The notes: generated from the sequence alone by a model not told the origin. A stretch of DNA of 32,000 nt from Vibrio alginolyticus NBRC 15630 = ATCC 17749 (GCF_000354175.2 NC_022349.1:1770001-1802000), one strand, 5' to 3'. Positions 13,099-24,627 are shown, counted from the stretch's first letter. Numbers and translations are program-made.

Positions 13099-15897
13099 AT
13101 GACCAGATATGGCTTACGAGCACGTGTAATTACACTAACTCTCGCTCCCACTCTCATTATTGGTTTATTACTGAGCGGCTTTTTCTCATTTAACCGCTAC
13201 CAAGACCTTGAGAAACAAGTTATCACCACTGGTAACAGCATTATTGAGCCGCTGGCGATTGCCAGTGAAACTCATCTACTATCAGAAAGCCGAGAGGCGG
13301 TACGTCGCTTGATAAGCTACGCGCACCGCAAAAACTCCAAACTGGTTCGTAGTATCGCGGTATTTGATGAACATCATGAGCTCTTTGTGACCTCTAACTT
13401 TCATCCTAATTTTGAAGCCTTGATGTTTCCCAAAGATAAACCGATCCCGCAACTGGGTAATTCGGAAATCTACGAAAACTCACTGATATTGCGTGTCCCC
13501 ATTTTGTCAGAAGGTCACTACTTAGCGGAGTTGTCGAACGAAAGCCAAGGCACAAAAGCGATTGGTTACATCGCCGTCGAGTTAGATCTCTCCTCCTTGA
13601 GGCTGCAACAGTATCAAGAAGTCTTCTCTGCTTTTTTAGTTCTGGTTCTCGGTCTTGGCTTAGCAAGTGTGTTTGCTTCACGTCTAATGCACGATGTGAC
13701 CCAACCTATCACCCACATGAAGAATGTCGTTGACCGCATTCGCCGTGGTCATCTGGATGTGCGTATCGAAGGCAAAATGCACGGTGAGTTAGACCAGCTA
13801 AAAAATGGCATCAACGCCATGGCGGTATCGTTATCAGAATATCACGTGGAGATGCAGCACAGTATAGACCAAGCCACGTCCGACTTACGTGAAACGCTTG
13901 AGCAGCTAGAAATTCAGAACGTTGAGTTGGATATCGCGAAGAAACGCGCGCAAGAAGCGGCCAGGGTTAAGTCAGAGTTCTTGGCGAACATGTCGCACGA
14001 GCTGCGTACTCCGCTCAATGGGGTGATTGGCTTTACTCGTCAAATGCTTAAAACGCAGCTTTCTAACAGCCAAACGGATTACCTACAGACGATTGAGAAA
14101 TCGGCGAACAACCTGCTGAATATCATCAATGACATTCTCGACTTCTCGAAACTTGAAGCGGGTAAGCTGGCACTCGAAAACATTCCTTTTGATTTCCGAG
14201 AAAGTTTAGAAGAGGTAATTAACCTACAAGCCACAAGTGCACATGAGAAAGGGTTAGAAATCACCCTAAAAGTGGACCCTAAAATTCCACCAGGTTTAGT
14301 TGGGGATCCACTACGTATCCAGCAAATTTTGACGAACTTAGTCGGTAACTCAATCAAGTTTACCGAGCGAGGCAACATTGATGTTAGCGTAGAAATGCGC
14401 TCTCAATCAGGAGACTCCGTCGAACTGCAATTCATGGTGCGTGATACCGGTATTGGTATCTCTGAGCGTCAGCAAGCGCAGTTGTTCCAAGCCTTTAGCC
14501 AAGCAGATGCAAGTATTTCACGTCGTTACGGCGGTACTGGTCTTGGTCTGGTTATCACTCAGAAACTGGTGAGCCAGATGGGCGGCGAAATCAGTTTAAC
14601 CAGCCGTCTACACCAAGGTTCAACCTTCTGGTTTACGGTGCGCTTGCACTCAACCGAGATGCCAATGAGCGAACTGATTGAAGTGGAACTTCTGACTGGG
14701 AAGCAGTTACTGCTGATTGAACCAAACATGCAAGCCGCATCCGTAACCCAACAGATTCTAAGTCAGGAGGGTATTTTAGTAACCTACCGCTCTTCGCTAC
14801 CAAACAACGAAGAACAATATGATTATGTACTGTTGAATTTAGCGGCCAACCAGACTCACGATGCGGAAGTTATTACACCTTGGATAGAACAAGCGAAACG
14901 CATGGCTCCGAGTGTTCTCCTAGGGACACCGAGTACCGAATTGGCGCTTGCGGACCAAATAATGACAGAGCATCACGTCCAGTGCCTGACGAAACCATTG
15001 TCTCGCCGTAAGTTGCTACAAAGCCTGATTAGCGAACATGTAGAATCGCCACCGGTATTAAGCGCTCCAATTACGCCAAGCGAAGGGGACCGTTTACCTC
15101 TCACTGTACTAGCAGTGGATGACAACCCTGCAAACTTGAAGCTGATCTCTGCACTGCTCCGCGAACGAGTAGAAACCGTCACCGCCTGTAGCAATGGCCA
15201 GCAAGCGGTGAACCTGGCGACAGAGAAAAAGTACGATTTAATCTTCATGGATATTCAAATGCCACAAATGGATGGGGTGACCGCTTGTAAGCACATTAAA
15301 GAGTTGGAGCTAAATAAAGACACGCCAGTGATTGCGGTAACGGCACATGCCATGGAAGGGGAACGAGACCGCTTGCTCTCGGCAGGAATGGATGACTACT
15401 TGACCAAACCTATTGAAGAGCATGTGCTACAACAGGTTTTGGTTCACTGGAACCCAAATGCTTGTACAGAGAGCATTGGCAAAGTCGCCCCTTCATACGT
15501 TGATGAACCTGAAGGAAGCGCACCACAATCCGTTTCTTCGCCTCAGCAGGATGTGATTATTGATTGGCAAGCAGCCTTGAAACAGAGCGCGAATAAAGAG
15601 GATCTCGCTAAAGACATGCTACGCATGTTGATTGAGTTCATCCCTGAAGTAGAAGCAGTCGTTGACCAAGCTCTGGAGCAAGAAGATATCTCTCGTGATG
15701 ACCTAATTCATGTCATCCATAAGCTGCACGGCAGTAGTTCATATTGTGGCGTTCCAAGACTGAAGTCACTCTGTGCGACGCTTGAGCAAGCACTGCGCTC
15801 AGGGATCAGTCTTGAGGAGGTTGAGCCTGAAATGTTCGAGCTGCAAGATGAAATGATTAAAGTAACAACAACCGCAAAGTTATACCTTGAACAGTGA
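13099..15897 (+). CDS. barA: Hybrid sensor histidine kinase BarA (VarS/GacS family)
   Basis: 932 aa. The N-terminus MTRYGLRARVITLTLAPT resembles E. coli BarA. It has a HAMP domain, the H-box SEFLANMSHELRTPLN, the ATPase G-boxes, a receiver domain (VDDNPANLKL...DLIFMDIQMPQMDG) and a C-terminal HPt domain (HKLHGSSSYCG). Confidence 0.96.
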   Translation: MTRYGLRARVITLTLAPTLIIGLLLSGFFSFNRYQDLEKQVITTGNSIIEPLAIASETHLLSESREAVRRLISYAHRKNSKLVRSIAVFDEHHELFVTSNFHPNFEALMFPKDKPIPQLGNSEIYENSLILRVPILSEGHYLAELSNESQGTKAIGYIAVELDLSSLRLQQYQEVFSAFLVLVLGLGLASVFASRLMHDVTQPITHMKNVVDRIRRGHLDVRIEGKMHGELDQLKNGINAMAVSLSEYHVEMQHSIDQATSDLRETLEQLEIQNVELDIAKKRAQEAARVKSEFLANMSHELRTPLNGVIGFTRQMLKTQLSNSQTDYLQTIEKSANNLLNIINDILDFSKLEAGKLALENIPFDFRESLEEVINLQATSAHEKGLEITLKVDPKIPPGLVGDPLRIQQILTNLVGNSIKFTERGNIDVSVEMRSQSGDSVELQFMVRDTGIGISERQQAQLFQAFSQADASISRRYGGTGLGLVITQKLVSQMGGEISLTSRLHQGSTFWFTVRLHSTEMPMSELIEVELLTGKQLLLIEPNMQAASVTQQILSQEGILVTYRSSLPNNEEQYDYVLLNLAANQTHDAEVITPWIEQAKRMAPSVLLGTPSTELALADQIMTEHHVQCLTKPLSRRKLLQSLISEHVESPPVLSAPITPSEGDRLPLTVLAVDDNPANLKLISALLRERVETVTACSNGQQAVNLATEKKYDLIFMDIQMPQMDGVTACKHIKELELNKDTPVIAVTAHAMEGERDRLLSAGMDDYLTKPIEEHVLQQVLVHWNPNACTESIGKVAPSYVDEPEGSAPQSVSSPQQDVIIDWQAALKQSANKEDLAKDMLRMLIEFIPEVEAVVDQALEQEDISRDDLIHVIHKLHGSSSYCGVPRLKSLCATLEQALRSGISLEEVEPEMFELQDEMIKVTTTAKLYLEQ

Positions 15898-15913
15898 TCT
15901 ATTGAAGAGAAAC

Positions 15914-15942
15914 AAAAGCCAGAGCAAATGCTCTGGCTTTTT
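15914..15942. terminator. Bidirectional intrinsic terminator between the convergent barA and acpS genes
   Basis: The sequence aaaaGCCAGAGCaaatGCTCTGGCttttt forms a perfect 8-bp stem. An A-run lies on one side and a T-run on the other. Confidence 0.85.
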
Positions 15943-15966
15943 AGTATTTTGTTTAAGACTTACAAG

Positions 15967-16347
15967 CTAGGATTCAAAAATGACCGTCGCCACAGCGTAA
16001 TGACGCTCATCGGAAATGGACAGGTGAATGTGGTTAACACCCATCGCATCCGCTATTTGCTTGGCTGTGCCCGTCAATGCGAGTACTGGTTTTCCAAGCT
16101 CATCGTTCGAGATGGAAAAGTCGTGAAACGTGACCCCTTTTGCGATCCCTGTCCCCAATGCTTTTGAGGCAGCTTCTTTAACAGCAAAGCGCTTAGCAAG
16201 ATAACGACCTTGCAGCTTAAGCTGTGAGAATTTGGCCATTTCTTCTTCTGAAAGAATCCGCTGAGCAAAAGGTTCACCACTACGAGCTAACGCTTTTTCA
16301 ATACGCTCAATTTCTGCAATGTCGGTCCCTAACCCTATAATCGCCAT
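15967..16347 (-). CDS. acpS: Holo-[acyl-carrier-protein] synthase
   Basis: 126 aa. Contains [16 protein letters not shown]...[14 protein letters not shown]. Confidence 0.95.
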   Translation of the reverse strand: MAIIGLGTDIAEIERIEKALARSGEPFAQRILSEEEMAKFSQLKLQGRYLAKRFAVKEAASKALGTGIAKGVTFHDFSISNDELGKPVLALTGTAKQIADAMGVNHIHLSISDERHYAVATVIFES

Positions 16348-16357
16348 CTAGATAGCC

Positions 16358-17092
16358 CTATGACTGGCGAGCCTCAATCATCAATGCTTTCATGTCAGCA
16401 ACCGCTTTATTTAAACCATCAAATACCGCGCGACCAATGATTGAGTGACCAATGTTGAGTTCGTAAATTTCTGGTAATGCAGCAATTGGTGCGACATTGT
16501 GATAAGTCAGGCCATGCCCGGCATTAACAATAATACCTAGATCATGTGCATAACTAGCACCAGCGGCAATCTTCTTCAGTTCAGCTTGTTGCTCGTCTTC
16601 TGTCGTCGCATCTGCATAATGGCCAGTATGTAGCTCAATAAACGGAGCGCCACACTTTTTCGCAGCTTCAATCTGTTGACGGTCAGCATCAATAAAGAGC
16701 GAAACTTTGATGCCTGCATCTGTCAGCTTTTTCGTCGCAGCTTTAATTTTTTCAAGCTGCCCTACTACATCTAAGCCACCTTCCGTCGTCAGTTCTTCAC
16801 GCTTTTCAGGCACTAAACACACAAACTCTGGTTTAGTTTGCAGCGCAATCTCAACCATTTCGTCCGTCACTGCCATCTCTAGATTCATACGCGTTTGAAT
16901 GGTTTCACGCAGAATACGTACATCACGATCCAAAATATGGCGACGGTCTTCACGTAAGTGGATAGTGATACCGTCCGCGCCTGCACGCTCAGCAATTTCA
17001 GCAGCGTGAACAGGATCTGGGTATTTTGTACCACGTGCATTACGTAGAGTGGCAATATGGTCGATATTGACGCCTAAATAAATTGAGCTCAT
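16358..17092 (-). CDS. pdxJ: Pyridoxine 5'-phosphate synthase
   Basis: 244 aa. Contains [21 protein letters not shown]...[12 protein letters not shown]. Confidence 0.96.
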   Translation of the reverse strand: MSSIYLGVNIDHIATLRNARGTKYPDPVHAAEIAERAGADGITIHLREDRRHILDRDVRILRETIQTRMNLEMAVTDEMVEIALQTKPEFVCLVPEKREELTTEGGLDVVGQLEKIKAATKKLTDAGIKVSLFIDADRQQIEAAKKCGAPFIELHTGHYADATTEDEQQAELKKIAAGASYAHDLGIIVNAGHGLTYHNVAPIAALPEIYELNIGHSIIGRAVFDGLNKAVADMKALMIEARQS

Positions 17093-17820
17093 TTTCCGTT
17101 ACTCCGTGCTCTGGGGGTCTGAATGAAAAATTCACGACTTTTTAAAGGTTTGCCGCCAAGATACGGCTTTAAGGCTATACGTGTAAAGCGTTTTGCCGCT
17201 TTTAGCTGCTCTTTAGTGACGAACCGCCGCTCACTGATAGCAATCAGTTCATTCCCTAAAAACGTGAGGTTATCGCGCCTAACAGAAGCAATAAACCCTT
17301 TCTGTTCCCGGTAACGATAGGTCATTTCTGGGTCGACGGGCTCGCCGGTACCTGCACAATGCAAAAAATCCACGCCATACCCCATCGAAGACAGCAAGGC
17401 TAACTCAAAACGACGCAGTGCAGGCTCAGGGTTCTCGTTGTGCGCCAACTCGGTTAACGCATGCAAATAATCATGAAATAGTGCTGGCATCGGCACTTCA
17501 GCCATCAAAATACGGCCAATCAGTTCATTGACGTACATGGCTGAGTAGAGATTAATGCCCGTTAACGGCAAACCTAGACTTATCGGCTCGGCTTGACGCA
17601 AAGTTTTCATTGAGCCTTTCCCCGACCATTTAAGTAATAGCGGGGTAAAAGGTTGCAATGCGCCTTTTAAGTTCGAACGCTTACTGCGCGCGCCTTTGGC
17701 CATTAAAGTCATTCGGCCATATTCCTCACTAAATACATCAAGGATTAAGCTCGATTCACTGTAAGGGCGTCGGTGCAATACAAAACAGCGCTGTAAACCT
17801 TCGGAAGACAGATTACTCAT
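17089..17820 (-). CDS. recO: DNA repair protein RecO
   Basis: 243 aa. Contains [22 protein letters not shown]...AKGARSKRS...[14 protein letters not shown], collinear with E. coli RecO. It overlaps pdxJ as ATGA. Confidence 0.94.
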   Translation of the reverse strand: MSNLSSEGLQRCFVLHRRPYSESSLILDVFSEEYGRMTLMAKGARSKRSNLKGALQPFTPLLLKWSGKGSMKTLRQAEPISLGLPLTGINLYSAMYVNELIGRILMAEVPMPALFHDYLHALTELAHNENPEPALRRFELALLSSMGYGVDFLHCAGTGEPVDPEMTYRYREQKGFIASVRRDNLTFLGNELIAISERRFVTKEQLKAAKRFTRIALKPYLGGKPLKSREFFIQTPRARSNGK

Positions 17821-17844
17821 CTAAGTCATTGTGCCTAAAAAGTG

Positions 17845-17880
17845 TGAAATAAAAAATAAGGAGCCGAGCGGCTCCTTATT
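17845..17880 (-). terminator. Strong hairpin with U-tract between era and recO
   Basis: A perfect 11-bp stem pairs AATAAGGAGCC (17855-17865) with GGCTCCTTATT (17870-17880) across a 4-nt loop. On the minus strand it is followed by TTTTTATTT. It ends about 25-35 nt upstream of the recO ATG. Confidence 0.65.
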
Positions 17881-17935
17881 TTAATCGATACTGATTTTTC
17901 ATCGATGTTGGAGCGAAGCACCTTCGCAGCCAAGA

Positions 17936-18898
17936 TTATAAATCGTCTATATAACCCAACGATCGCAACGCTCGTTCGTCGTCTGCCCAGCCAGATTTCA
18001 CTTTTACCCAAGTTTCTAGGTAAACCTTACGACCGAACAATTCTTCCATATCTAAACGCGCTTCGCGACCAATGGTTTTAATCTTCTCGCCACCTTTGCC
18101 AATCACCATTTTCTTCTGGCCATTACGCTCAACAAGAATCAAGGCATTGATGTGGAAACCGTCGGTTTCTGGGTTGTAATCAAAACGTTCAATCTCAACC
18201 GTTACTGAGTATGGCAGCTCTTCACCAGTAAAGCGCATCAGCTTTTCACGCACAATCTCAGACGCCATAAAACGCTGAGAACGGTCAGTTACGTATTCTT
18301 CTGGGAAGTGATGCGTTGCTTTAGGTAAGTGATTACGCACGTGCTTACGTAGTACGTCAATGTTCTTACCTTGCTTGGCAGAGATTGGCACAACATCCAC
18401 GAAGTCCATCTTCTTCGACATCTCCGCCATGTGTAGCATCACGTCGTTACGATCTTGTACGTTGTCGACTTTGTTTACACAAAGCACAACTGGGAAGTTC
18501 GATTTTTGAAGTTTGGTCAGTACCATCTCATCGTCTTTAGTCCAATGCGTACCATCGACTAAGAAGAACACAAGGTTTACATCACTCAATGACGAGTTAG
18601 CAGCACGGTTCATCAAACGGTTGATCGCACGCTTTTCTTCAATGTGAAGTCCAGGCGTGTCGACGTAAATCGCTTGGTAATCGCCGTCCGTATCCACACC
18701 CATAATACGGTGGCGTGTCGTTTGCGGCTTACGAGAGGTGATCGAAATCTTCTGACCCAAAATCTTGTTCAAAAGTGTCGACTTACCTACGTTTGGACGA
18801 CCAACAATAGCAATAAAGCCACAGTGTTGGTTTTCTGGCGAGCTTGGCTCACCTTGTGATGCGAAAAACGCATCGATATCGAATTCGTTATCAGCCAT
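17936..18898 (-). CDS. era: GTPase Era
   Basis: 320 aa. Contains the G1 motif [17 protein letters not shown], and a KH domain ending with [17 protein letters not shown]. It has an N-terminal extension of about 20 aa relative to E. coli. The ATG overlaps the end of rnc by 8 nt. Confidence 0.93.
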   Translation of the reverse strand: MADNEFDIDAFFASQGEPSSPENQHCGFIAIVGRPNVGKSTLLNKILGQKISITSRKPQTTRHRIMGVDTDGDYQAIYVDTPGLHIEEKRAINRLMNRAANSSLSDVNLVFFLVDGTHWTKDDEMVLTKLQKSNFPVVLCVNKVDNVQDRNDVMLHMAEMSKKMDFVDVVPISAKQGKNIDVLRKHVRNHLPKATHHFPEEYVTDRSQRFMASEIVREKLMRFTGEELPYSVTVEIERFDYNPETDGFHINALILVERNGQKKMVIGKGGEKIKTIGREARLDMEELFGRKVYLETWVKVKSGWADDERALRSLGYIDDL

Positions 18899-19568
18899 TT
18901 GTTAATTGCTCAAGTGCTGTTTCAGCAGCCGCTTGTTCTGCCTTGCGGCGGCTGGTGCCTTTACCGATTACAGGCTTATCCACACCTGCTACTTCGCACT
19001 CAACCGTGAACTCTTGGTTGTGCGCTTCACCTTTAATATTAGTCACTGTGTAGACAGGCAGCGGTTTTCTTCTGCCTTGTAGGAACTCTTGTAGGCGAGT
19101 TTTCGGATCTTTCTGTGAAACGCCTGGTTTAATGGCTTCAAGGCGTGACTGATACCAACTCAGTACAATGCCTCGCACAACTTCAAGATCACTGTCTAGG
19201 TAAATTGCGCCAATAATGGCTTCAACCGCATCGGCTAAAATAGAGTCTCGGCGAAAACCGCCACTCTTCAATTCACCTGGACCTAATTTTAAATAATCTC
19301 CTAGATCGAATTCACGACCCAGTTCCGCCAATGTATGTCCGCGAACCAAAGTAGCACGCATGCGGCTCATGTCACCTTCGTTCACTTTTGGGAAACGATG
19401 GTACAGATCATCAGCGATGACAAAACTTAAAATTGAATCGCCCAGAAACTCAAGACGTTCATTGTGCTTACTGTTGGCGCTGCGGTGCGTCAGCGCCAAA
19501 TTGATAAGCCCGGCATCTTGAAACTGGTAGCCGAGCTTTCTCTCTAGTTTATCAATTGGAGAATTCAT
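18891..19568 (-). CDS. rnc: Ribonuclease III
   Basis: 225 aa. Contains the RNase III signature [12 protein letters not shown] and a C-terminal dsRBD. Confidence 0.96.
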   Translation of the reverse strand: MNSPIDKLERKLGYQFQDAGLINLALTHRSANSKHNERLEFLGDSILSFVIADDLYHRFPKVNEGDMSRMRATLVRGHTLAELGREFDLGDYLKLGPGELKSGGFRRDSILADAVEAIIGAIYLDSDLEVVRGIVLSWYQSRLEAIKPGVSQKDPKTRLQEFLQGRRKPLPVYTVTNIKGEAHNQEFTVECEVAGVDKPVIGKGTSRRKAEQAAAETALEQLTNG

Positions 19569-19589
19569 ACTCTCTCGATATTTGAATGG

Positions 19590-20489
19590 TTAGTGAATGC
19601 CACCGATGCGGTTAAAACGCACACCAGTTGGAATCCATGAAGGTAGAACACTATCTGCGCCACGATCAAACTCGAAGCTGATCCAGATCGCGACAGCTTT
19701 ACCGACTAAGTTTGCTTCTGGAACAAAGCCCCAGTAACGGCTGTCAGCACTGTTGTCACGGTTATCACCCATCACAAAATACTGACCTTGTGGTACAACC
19801 CACTCTGTCGTGCCGCTGCGTGGGAAATATTGCTCCACGCGGTTACGCACAAGAGGGTTAACCAAAATATTGTGCTCAACGTTACCCAATTTTTCATCCA
19901 GTTGGATCATTGGAATACCGTTCGAGCTAAACTGACTTTCTTCAACATTGCTCAGTTTAACTGGCTTACATGCCGATTCGCCTTGGCTTTGCACGCAAAG
20001 CTGCTTATCACTTGAATAACGCACGATATCACCAGGTAAACCAACTACACGCTTAATGTAGTCCACACTTGGTTGTGGTGGGTATTTGAATACCACGATA
20101 TCACCACGCTCAGGCTTACCAGTTTCCACTAGCTGAGTACGCCATACTGGGTCTTTTAGACCGTACGCGTACTTCTCAACTAAAATGAAATCGCCAACCA
20201 GCAAGGTAGGCATCATTGAGCCTGATGGGATTTGAAATGGTTCGTAGATAAAAGAACGTAATACTAAAACGAACGCGATCACAGGGAAAATAGAGACGCT
20301 ATTTTCAACCCACCAAGGCTGACGCTCAACTTTTTGCAAGGTCACTGCATCCAAACCATTAGACGTCTGAGCTTGAATCTCAGCCAGTTTTTCCTGACGC
20401 TTTTTCGCGAAAACCAGCTTTTCCAATAGCCAAACCACGCCAGTTACCAAAGTCGCAATAACCAACATCAGTGAGAATGTATTCGCCAT
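19590..20489 (-). CDS. lepB: Signal peptidase I
   Basis: 299 aa. It has N-terminal transmembrane segments, the catalytic motif IPSGSMMPTL, KRVVGLPGD and GDNRDNSADSRYWGFV. Confidence 0.95.
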   Translation of the reverse strand: MANTFSLMLVIATLVTGVVWLLEKLVFAKKRQEKLAEIQAQTSNGLDAVTLQKVERQPWWVENSVSIFPVIAFVLVLRSFIYEPFQIPSGSMMPTLLVGDFILVEKYAYGLKDPVWRTQLVETGKPERGDIVVFKYPPQPSVDYIKRVVGLPGDIVRYSSDKQLCVQSQGESACKPVKLSNVEESQFSSNGIPMIQLDEKLGNVEHNILVNPLVRNRVEQYFPRSGTTEWVVPQGQYFVMGDNRDNSADSRYWGFVPEANLVGKAVAIWISFEFDRGADSVLPSWIPTGVRFNRIGGIH

Positions 20490-20593
20490 TAAATTCCCTT
20501 ATCTAAAAATACGAAAGTGAAAGAGCCGAAACCCTTTCACTTATTTTAATATCTAACGTCTTAAGACCGACAAGTGTGAGACAAAGTTCAACT

Positions 20594-22387
20594 TTAGTCT
20601 TTACCTACGTGAAGGATGGCTAGGAACGCTTCTTGAGGCAGCTCAACGTTACCGATCTGCTTCATGCGTTTCTTACCTTCTTTCTGTTTCTTCAGAAGTT
20701 TCTTCTTACGACTTACGTCACCGCCGTAACATTTCGCAATAACGTTCTTACGCAACTGTTTTACCGTTGAACGAGCGATAATGTGGTTACCAATTGCCGC
20801 TTGGATTGCGATATCAAACATTTGGCGAGGGATGAATTCTTTCATCTTCTCTACCAACTGACGACCGCGAGTCTGAGACTGATCTTTGTGTGTAATCATC
20901 GCCAATGCATCAACAGTATCACCGTTAAGAAGAACGTCTACACGTACCATGTTCGAAGCTTCAAAACGCTGGAAGTTGTAATCCAAAGATGCGTAACCGC
21001 GTGATGTTGATTTCAGACGATCGAAGAAATCCAGTACCACTTCAGCCATTGGAATATCGTAAGTCACAGCGACTTGGTTACCGTGGTAAACCATATCAAC
21101 TTGACTGCCTCGCTTTTCAACACACAGGGTGATTACATTACCTAGGTACTCTGAAGGCACAAGGATATTACAACGCGCAATCGGTTCACGAATTTCTTCA
21201 ATATCATTGATCGCTGGTAGTTTTGCTGGGCTATCAACATACAGCAGATCGCCATCCGTCTTCTCAACTTCGTAAACTACCGTTGGTGCTGTGGTGATAA
21301 GATCCAAGTCGTATTCACGCTCTAGACGCTCTTGGATGATTTCCATATGTAGCATGCCAAGGAAACCACAACGGAAACCAAAGCCTAGTGCTGCAGAGTT
21401 TTCTGGCTCGTAGAATAGCGATGCGTCGTTTAGGCTTAGTTTGCCTAGTGCGTCGCGGAAGTTCTCGTAATCGTCAGAAGATACAGGGAACAGACCTGCG
21501 TAAACCTGAGGTTTAACTTTCTTAAAGCCTGGTAGCGGTTTATCACAACCATTCTTCGCTAGAGTCAGCGTATCACCAACAGGGGCACCAAGAATGTCTT
21601 TGATACCACAAACAACCCAACCTACTTCACCAGTACGAAGGATATCGGTATCTACTTGTTTTGGCGTAAAGATACCAAGACGATCTACACCCCAAACTTG
21701 GCCCGTACTCATCACTTTGATCTTATCGTTCTTCTTCAGTTCGCCGTTTTTAATACGCACTAAAGAAACAACGCCAAGGTAGTTATCAAACCATGAGTCT
21801 ATGATCAGCGCTTGTAGTGGCGCATCTGGATCACCTTCCGGTGCTGGAATCGCTGACACAATGTTCTCTAGAACGTCATCAACACCGATGCCTGTCTTCG
21901 CAGAACAGCGGGTTGCTTCCATTGCATCGATACCAACGATTTCTTCAATTTCTTCCGCTACACGCTCAGGATCGGCTGCTGGTAGGTCAATCTTGTTCAA
22001 GATTGGCACAACCTCTAGATCCATTTCGATCGCGGTGTAACAGTTAGCCAGTGTTTGAGCTTCAACACCTTGACCCGCATCCACAACCAATAGCGCACCT
22101 TCACAAGCCGCTAGAGAGCGTGATACTTCATATGCAAAGTCAACGTGCCCCGGAGTATCGATGAAGTTCAGCTGATACGTCTCACCGTCTTTAGCGGTGT
22201 AGTTTAGCGTCACACTCTGAGATTTGATGGTGATGCCACGCTCACGTTCAAGATCCATAGAATCCAGAACCTGTGCGGCCATTTCACGATCGGTTAACCC
22301 GCCACAAACTTGGATTAGACGGTCTGATAGGGTCGACTTACCATGGTCGATGTGGGCGATAATCGAAAAGTTACGAATGTGCTTCAT
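20594..22387 (-). CDS. lepA: Translation elongation factor 4 (LepA)
   Basis: 597 aa. Contains [30 protein letters not shown], and the LepA-specific C-terminus. Confidence 0.97.
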   Translation of the reverse strand: MKHIRNFSIIAHIDHGKSTLSDRLIQVCGGLTDREMAAQVLDSMDLERERGITIKSQSVTLNYTAKDGETYQLNFIDTPGHVDFAYEVSRSLAACEGALLVVDAGQGVEAQTLANCYTAIEMDLEVVPILNKIDLPAADPERVAEEIEEIVGIDAMEATRCSAKTGIGVDDVLENIVSAIPAPEGDPDAPLQALIIDSWFDNYLGVVSLVRIKNGELKKNDKIKVMSTGQVWGVDRLGIFTPKQVDTDILRTGEVGWVVCGIKDILGAPVGDTLTLAKNGCDKPLPGFKKVKPQVYAGLFPVSSDDYENFRDALGKLSLNDASLFYEPENSAALGFGFRCGFLGMLHMEIIQERLEREYDLDLITTAPTVVYEVEKTDGDLLYVDSPAKLPAINDIEEIREPIARCNILVPSEYLGNVITLCVEKRGSQVDMVYHGNQVAVTYDIPMAEVVLDFFDRLKSTSRGYASLDYNFQRFEASNMVRVDVLLNGDTVDALAMITHKDQSQTRGRQLVEKMKEFIPRQMFDIAIQAAIGNHIIARSTVKQLRKNVIAKCYGGDVSRKKKLLKKQKEGKKRMKQIGNVELPQEAFLAILHVGKD

Positions 22388-22545
22388 AGATTTAGGGTGA
22401 CTAACTCTTTACAAATAGGGACAGTAAGAAACGCCATCTACTGACGGCATTTCAATCAAGTTGGCAGATTCTACCGAATTTCGTTAACGGGCGCACGTAA
22501 TTTAAAGTACATACCCAAATAACCTTTAGTGGAGGGGGACAGCAC

Positions 22546-23016
22546 TTACTGGATTGGCTCTCCAAGTACCCGAACGAGGGTAACTTGGCGCTTGGATTCA
22601 TCTTCTAACGGACGAGAAACACATTTTGCGATCCACATTCCACCAGCGGCAAACAATACCGATGCCAATATGATGATGCCTTCCCCGCCGGCTGTCAGCG
22701 GCGCTAATAGGAAGTGACCAAACATCGCGCCGATAATCAAACCAAACAATGGCAGTAAATAAACCGCCATTGCTGATTTTATTAGGCTTGACTCAGGAAA
22801 ACCAATCTCGACGACTTGACCTATTTTCACCGATTTATCCGTGCGCAGGTGCCAAGATAAACTCTTGTTACCAATGGCTTTAGTAACAACGCCCGTTCCA
22901 CAGCTTTTCTGTGAAGAGCAACTACTGCAACTGGTCTGCTGTTCGCAACTTAAATCAATTTCGTATTGCTTGCCGCGACGATGCACGTCTGTCACGGTAG
23001 CCAACGCGGTCATCAT
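22546..23016 (-). CDS. rseC: Sigma-E regulatory protein RseC (RnfF/ApbE-associated family)
   Basis: 156 aa. It has an N-terminal Cys-rich motif (CSSCSSQKSCG) and two C-terminal transmembrane helices. It is the last gene of the rpoE-rseABC cluster. Confidence 0.85.
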   Translation of the reverse strand: MMTALATVTDVHRRGKQYEIDLSCEQQTSCSSCSSQKSCGTGVVTKAIGNKSLSWHLRTDKSVKIGQVVEIGFPESSLIKSAMAVYLLPLFGLIIGAMFGHFLLAPLTAGGEGIIILASVLFAAGGMWIAKCVSRPLEDESKRQVTLVRVLGEPIQ

Positions 23017-23018
23017 TG

Positions 23019-23978
23019 TTATTTACTCTTTGTTACATTAAATGTGACTGATTGGGCGATACGCTGTGCTGTGGTCGGTGGAATGTCTCCTACAACAGAG
23101 ATTTCATGTTGACCGCTCACAAAACTGTGTAGCGTTCTTCTGCCTTGGCGAACCAACTGCCCTTTTAACGAATGCTCATCCTTGTTTGCTACGTAAACAG
23201 AGAAGCTAAACAGACCATCAGAATACAGCTGACTCTCCACCATTTGGTTAGTAACGGCCATTCGATAGCGGTTGAGCTCGTTCGGCTCGAAACCCTCAGG
23301 GATCCAACCAACCTGCCAATTACTGGTCCCAATATCGCCTTTTGGCATGGTGAGAACAGCAGGTAATTGAACATCTTGCAGGCCACTCATTAACTCTGCG
23401 ATTTTTGGGTTTACCGTGTAAGAAATAGTGCGATATTGTTCAAGCATCTCACCATCTCGGTCCACAAGGTCGGCACGTAACGGCAATTTACTCTTTTCAT
23501 CGATCCATAGTACGTATGAATAGCGCAGACCGTCTTTAGGAACAATACGCAGCACTTGTGTTGCCACACCAGCTTCACGAGCTCTGCCCACTTTTACATA
23601 GTCGTAATACAAGTTTAGCTCATCGATATTGGTGTTGAGCATAGGCATAGTCGGAGCGACCATTTTACCTGACTCGATGGTGAACGGTTCTAAACCCGTT
23701 TCGATATAACTTACTTCAGTTCCGCGACGAATCACTTCACGCACTGGGCCACTTAAGTAGACAAGATGAGCATATTGATCGTCACCATGCGTGGCATGAC
23801 GATACAGCAACGGCTCAATGCTGTTCTTTTTGATAAGGATATAAGAGAGTTCGTAACTTAAATTCTTACTCGCCTCGCTCATTTGATGCAATAAAGCCTC
23901 CGCTGGCTTATCACCAGCAAAGGCTTGAGAAGACATCATACTGAACAGAGCGCAAGCGCTGATCAGAAATTTTTTCAT
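23019..23978 (-). CDS. rseB: Sigma-E regulatory protein RseB (periplasmic, MucB family)
   Basis: 319 aa. It has a signal peptide (MKKFLISACALFSMMSSQAFA). It sits between rseA and rseC and overlaps the end of rseA as ATGA. Confidence 0.9.
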   Translation of the reverse strand: MKKFLISACALFSMMSSQAFAGDKPAEALLHQMSEASKNLSYELSYILIKKNSIEPLLYRHATHGDDQYAHLVYLSGPVREVIRRGTEVSYIETGLEPFTIESGKMVAPTMPMLNTNIDELNLYYDYVKVGRAREAGVATQVLRIVPKDGLRYSYVLWIDEKSKLPLRADLVDRDGEMLEQYRTISYTVNPKIAELMSGLQDVQLPAVLTMPKGDIGTSNWQVGWIPEGFEPNELNRYRMAVTNQMVESQLYSDGLFSFSVYVANKDEHSLKGQLVRQGRRTLHSFVSGQHEISVVGDIPPTTAQRIAQSVTFNVTKSK

Positions 23979-24601
23979 TCAATATCCGGATTCAGATTTG
24001 CATCTTGTTGAGATGCATCACTGTTAATTCGTAACTGCAATTCGTAGTCTCGCAGCATAGCATGAACACGCTTGCGCTGCTCTTGCATATTTGCCTCGCC
24101 TACAGAACGTTCTACAGACTCACGAGTCAAACTCACTGGTTCTGCGCTGCCAGCAAACGGAACCGTCTGCAATACAGGTAATTGATCTGTTTGCGGCGAC
24201 ATTGAATCGCTACCACCGTACTGCTGTACACCTAAAATAACAACAAGCGATACACATGCAGCAACAGCAACTTGACCAAACTGCGTCAACCAACCTGGCA
24301 ACTGACGTTTTGCTTTTTGCGGTTCTGGTTGCGACTCTTTTGGCGTATCCGCAATTGAGATAACATTTGCACTGTGCGAATCAAACGCACGGTGTGCAGG
24401 TTCATCTTCTAACGCTAACGCCACGCTTTCAGCAATATTCCACTCAGGTTTTGCTGGCGCTTCGCCTCGCATCACATCACCAATCAGGTGATAGTTCTGC
24501 CAAGCATCACGGCTCTCTTGGTCTTGCTCTAACTCTTGAATTAAAGCCTTATCGACCAATTCTCCATCCATGAGAGCTGAAAGTTTTTCTTTGTCAGCCA
24601 T
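23975..24601 (-). CDS. rseA: Anti-sigma-E factor RseA
   Basis: The N-terminus KEKLSALMDGE...WQNYHLIGDVMRG matches the N-terminal domain of E. coli RseA. It has a central transmembrane segment (VAVAACVSLVVILGV). I prefer the ATG at 24601 (MADKEK...), which has GGTGA 6 nt upstream. The ORF-track start at 24613 has no Shine-Dalgarno sequence. Confidence 0.9.
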   Translation of the reverse strand: MADKEKLSALMDGELVDKALIQELEQDQESRDAWQNYHLIGDVMRGEAPAKPEWNIAESVALALEDEPAHRAFDSHSANVISIADTPKESQPEPQKAKRQLPGWLTQFGQVAVAACVSLVVILGVQQYGGSDSMSPQTDQLPVLQTVPFAGSAEPVSLTRESVERSVGEANMQEQRKRVHAMLRDYELQLRINSDASQQDANLNPDIE

Positions 24602-24627
24602 TATTTTCACCATAGTTATTACTTGTA

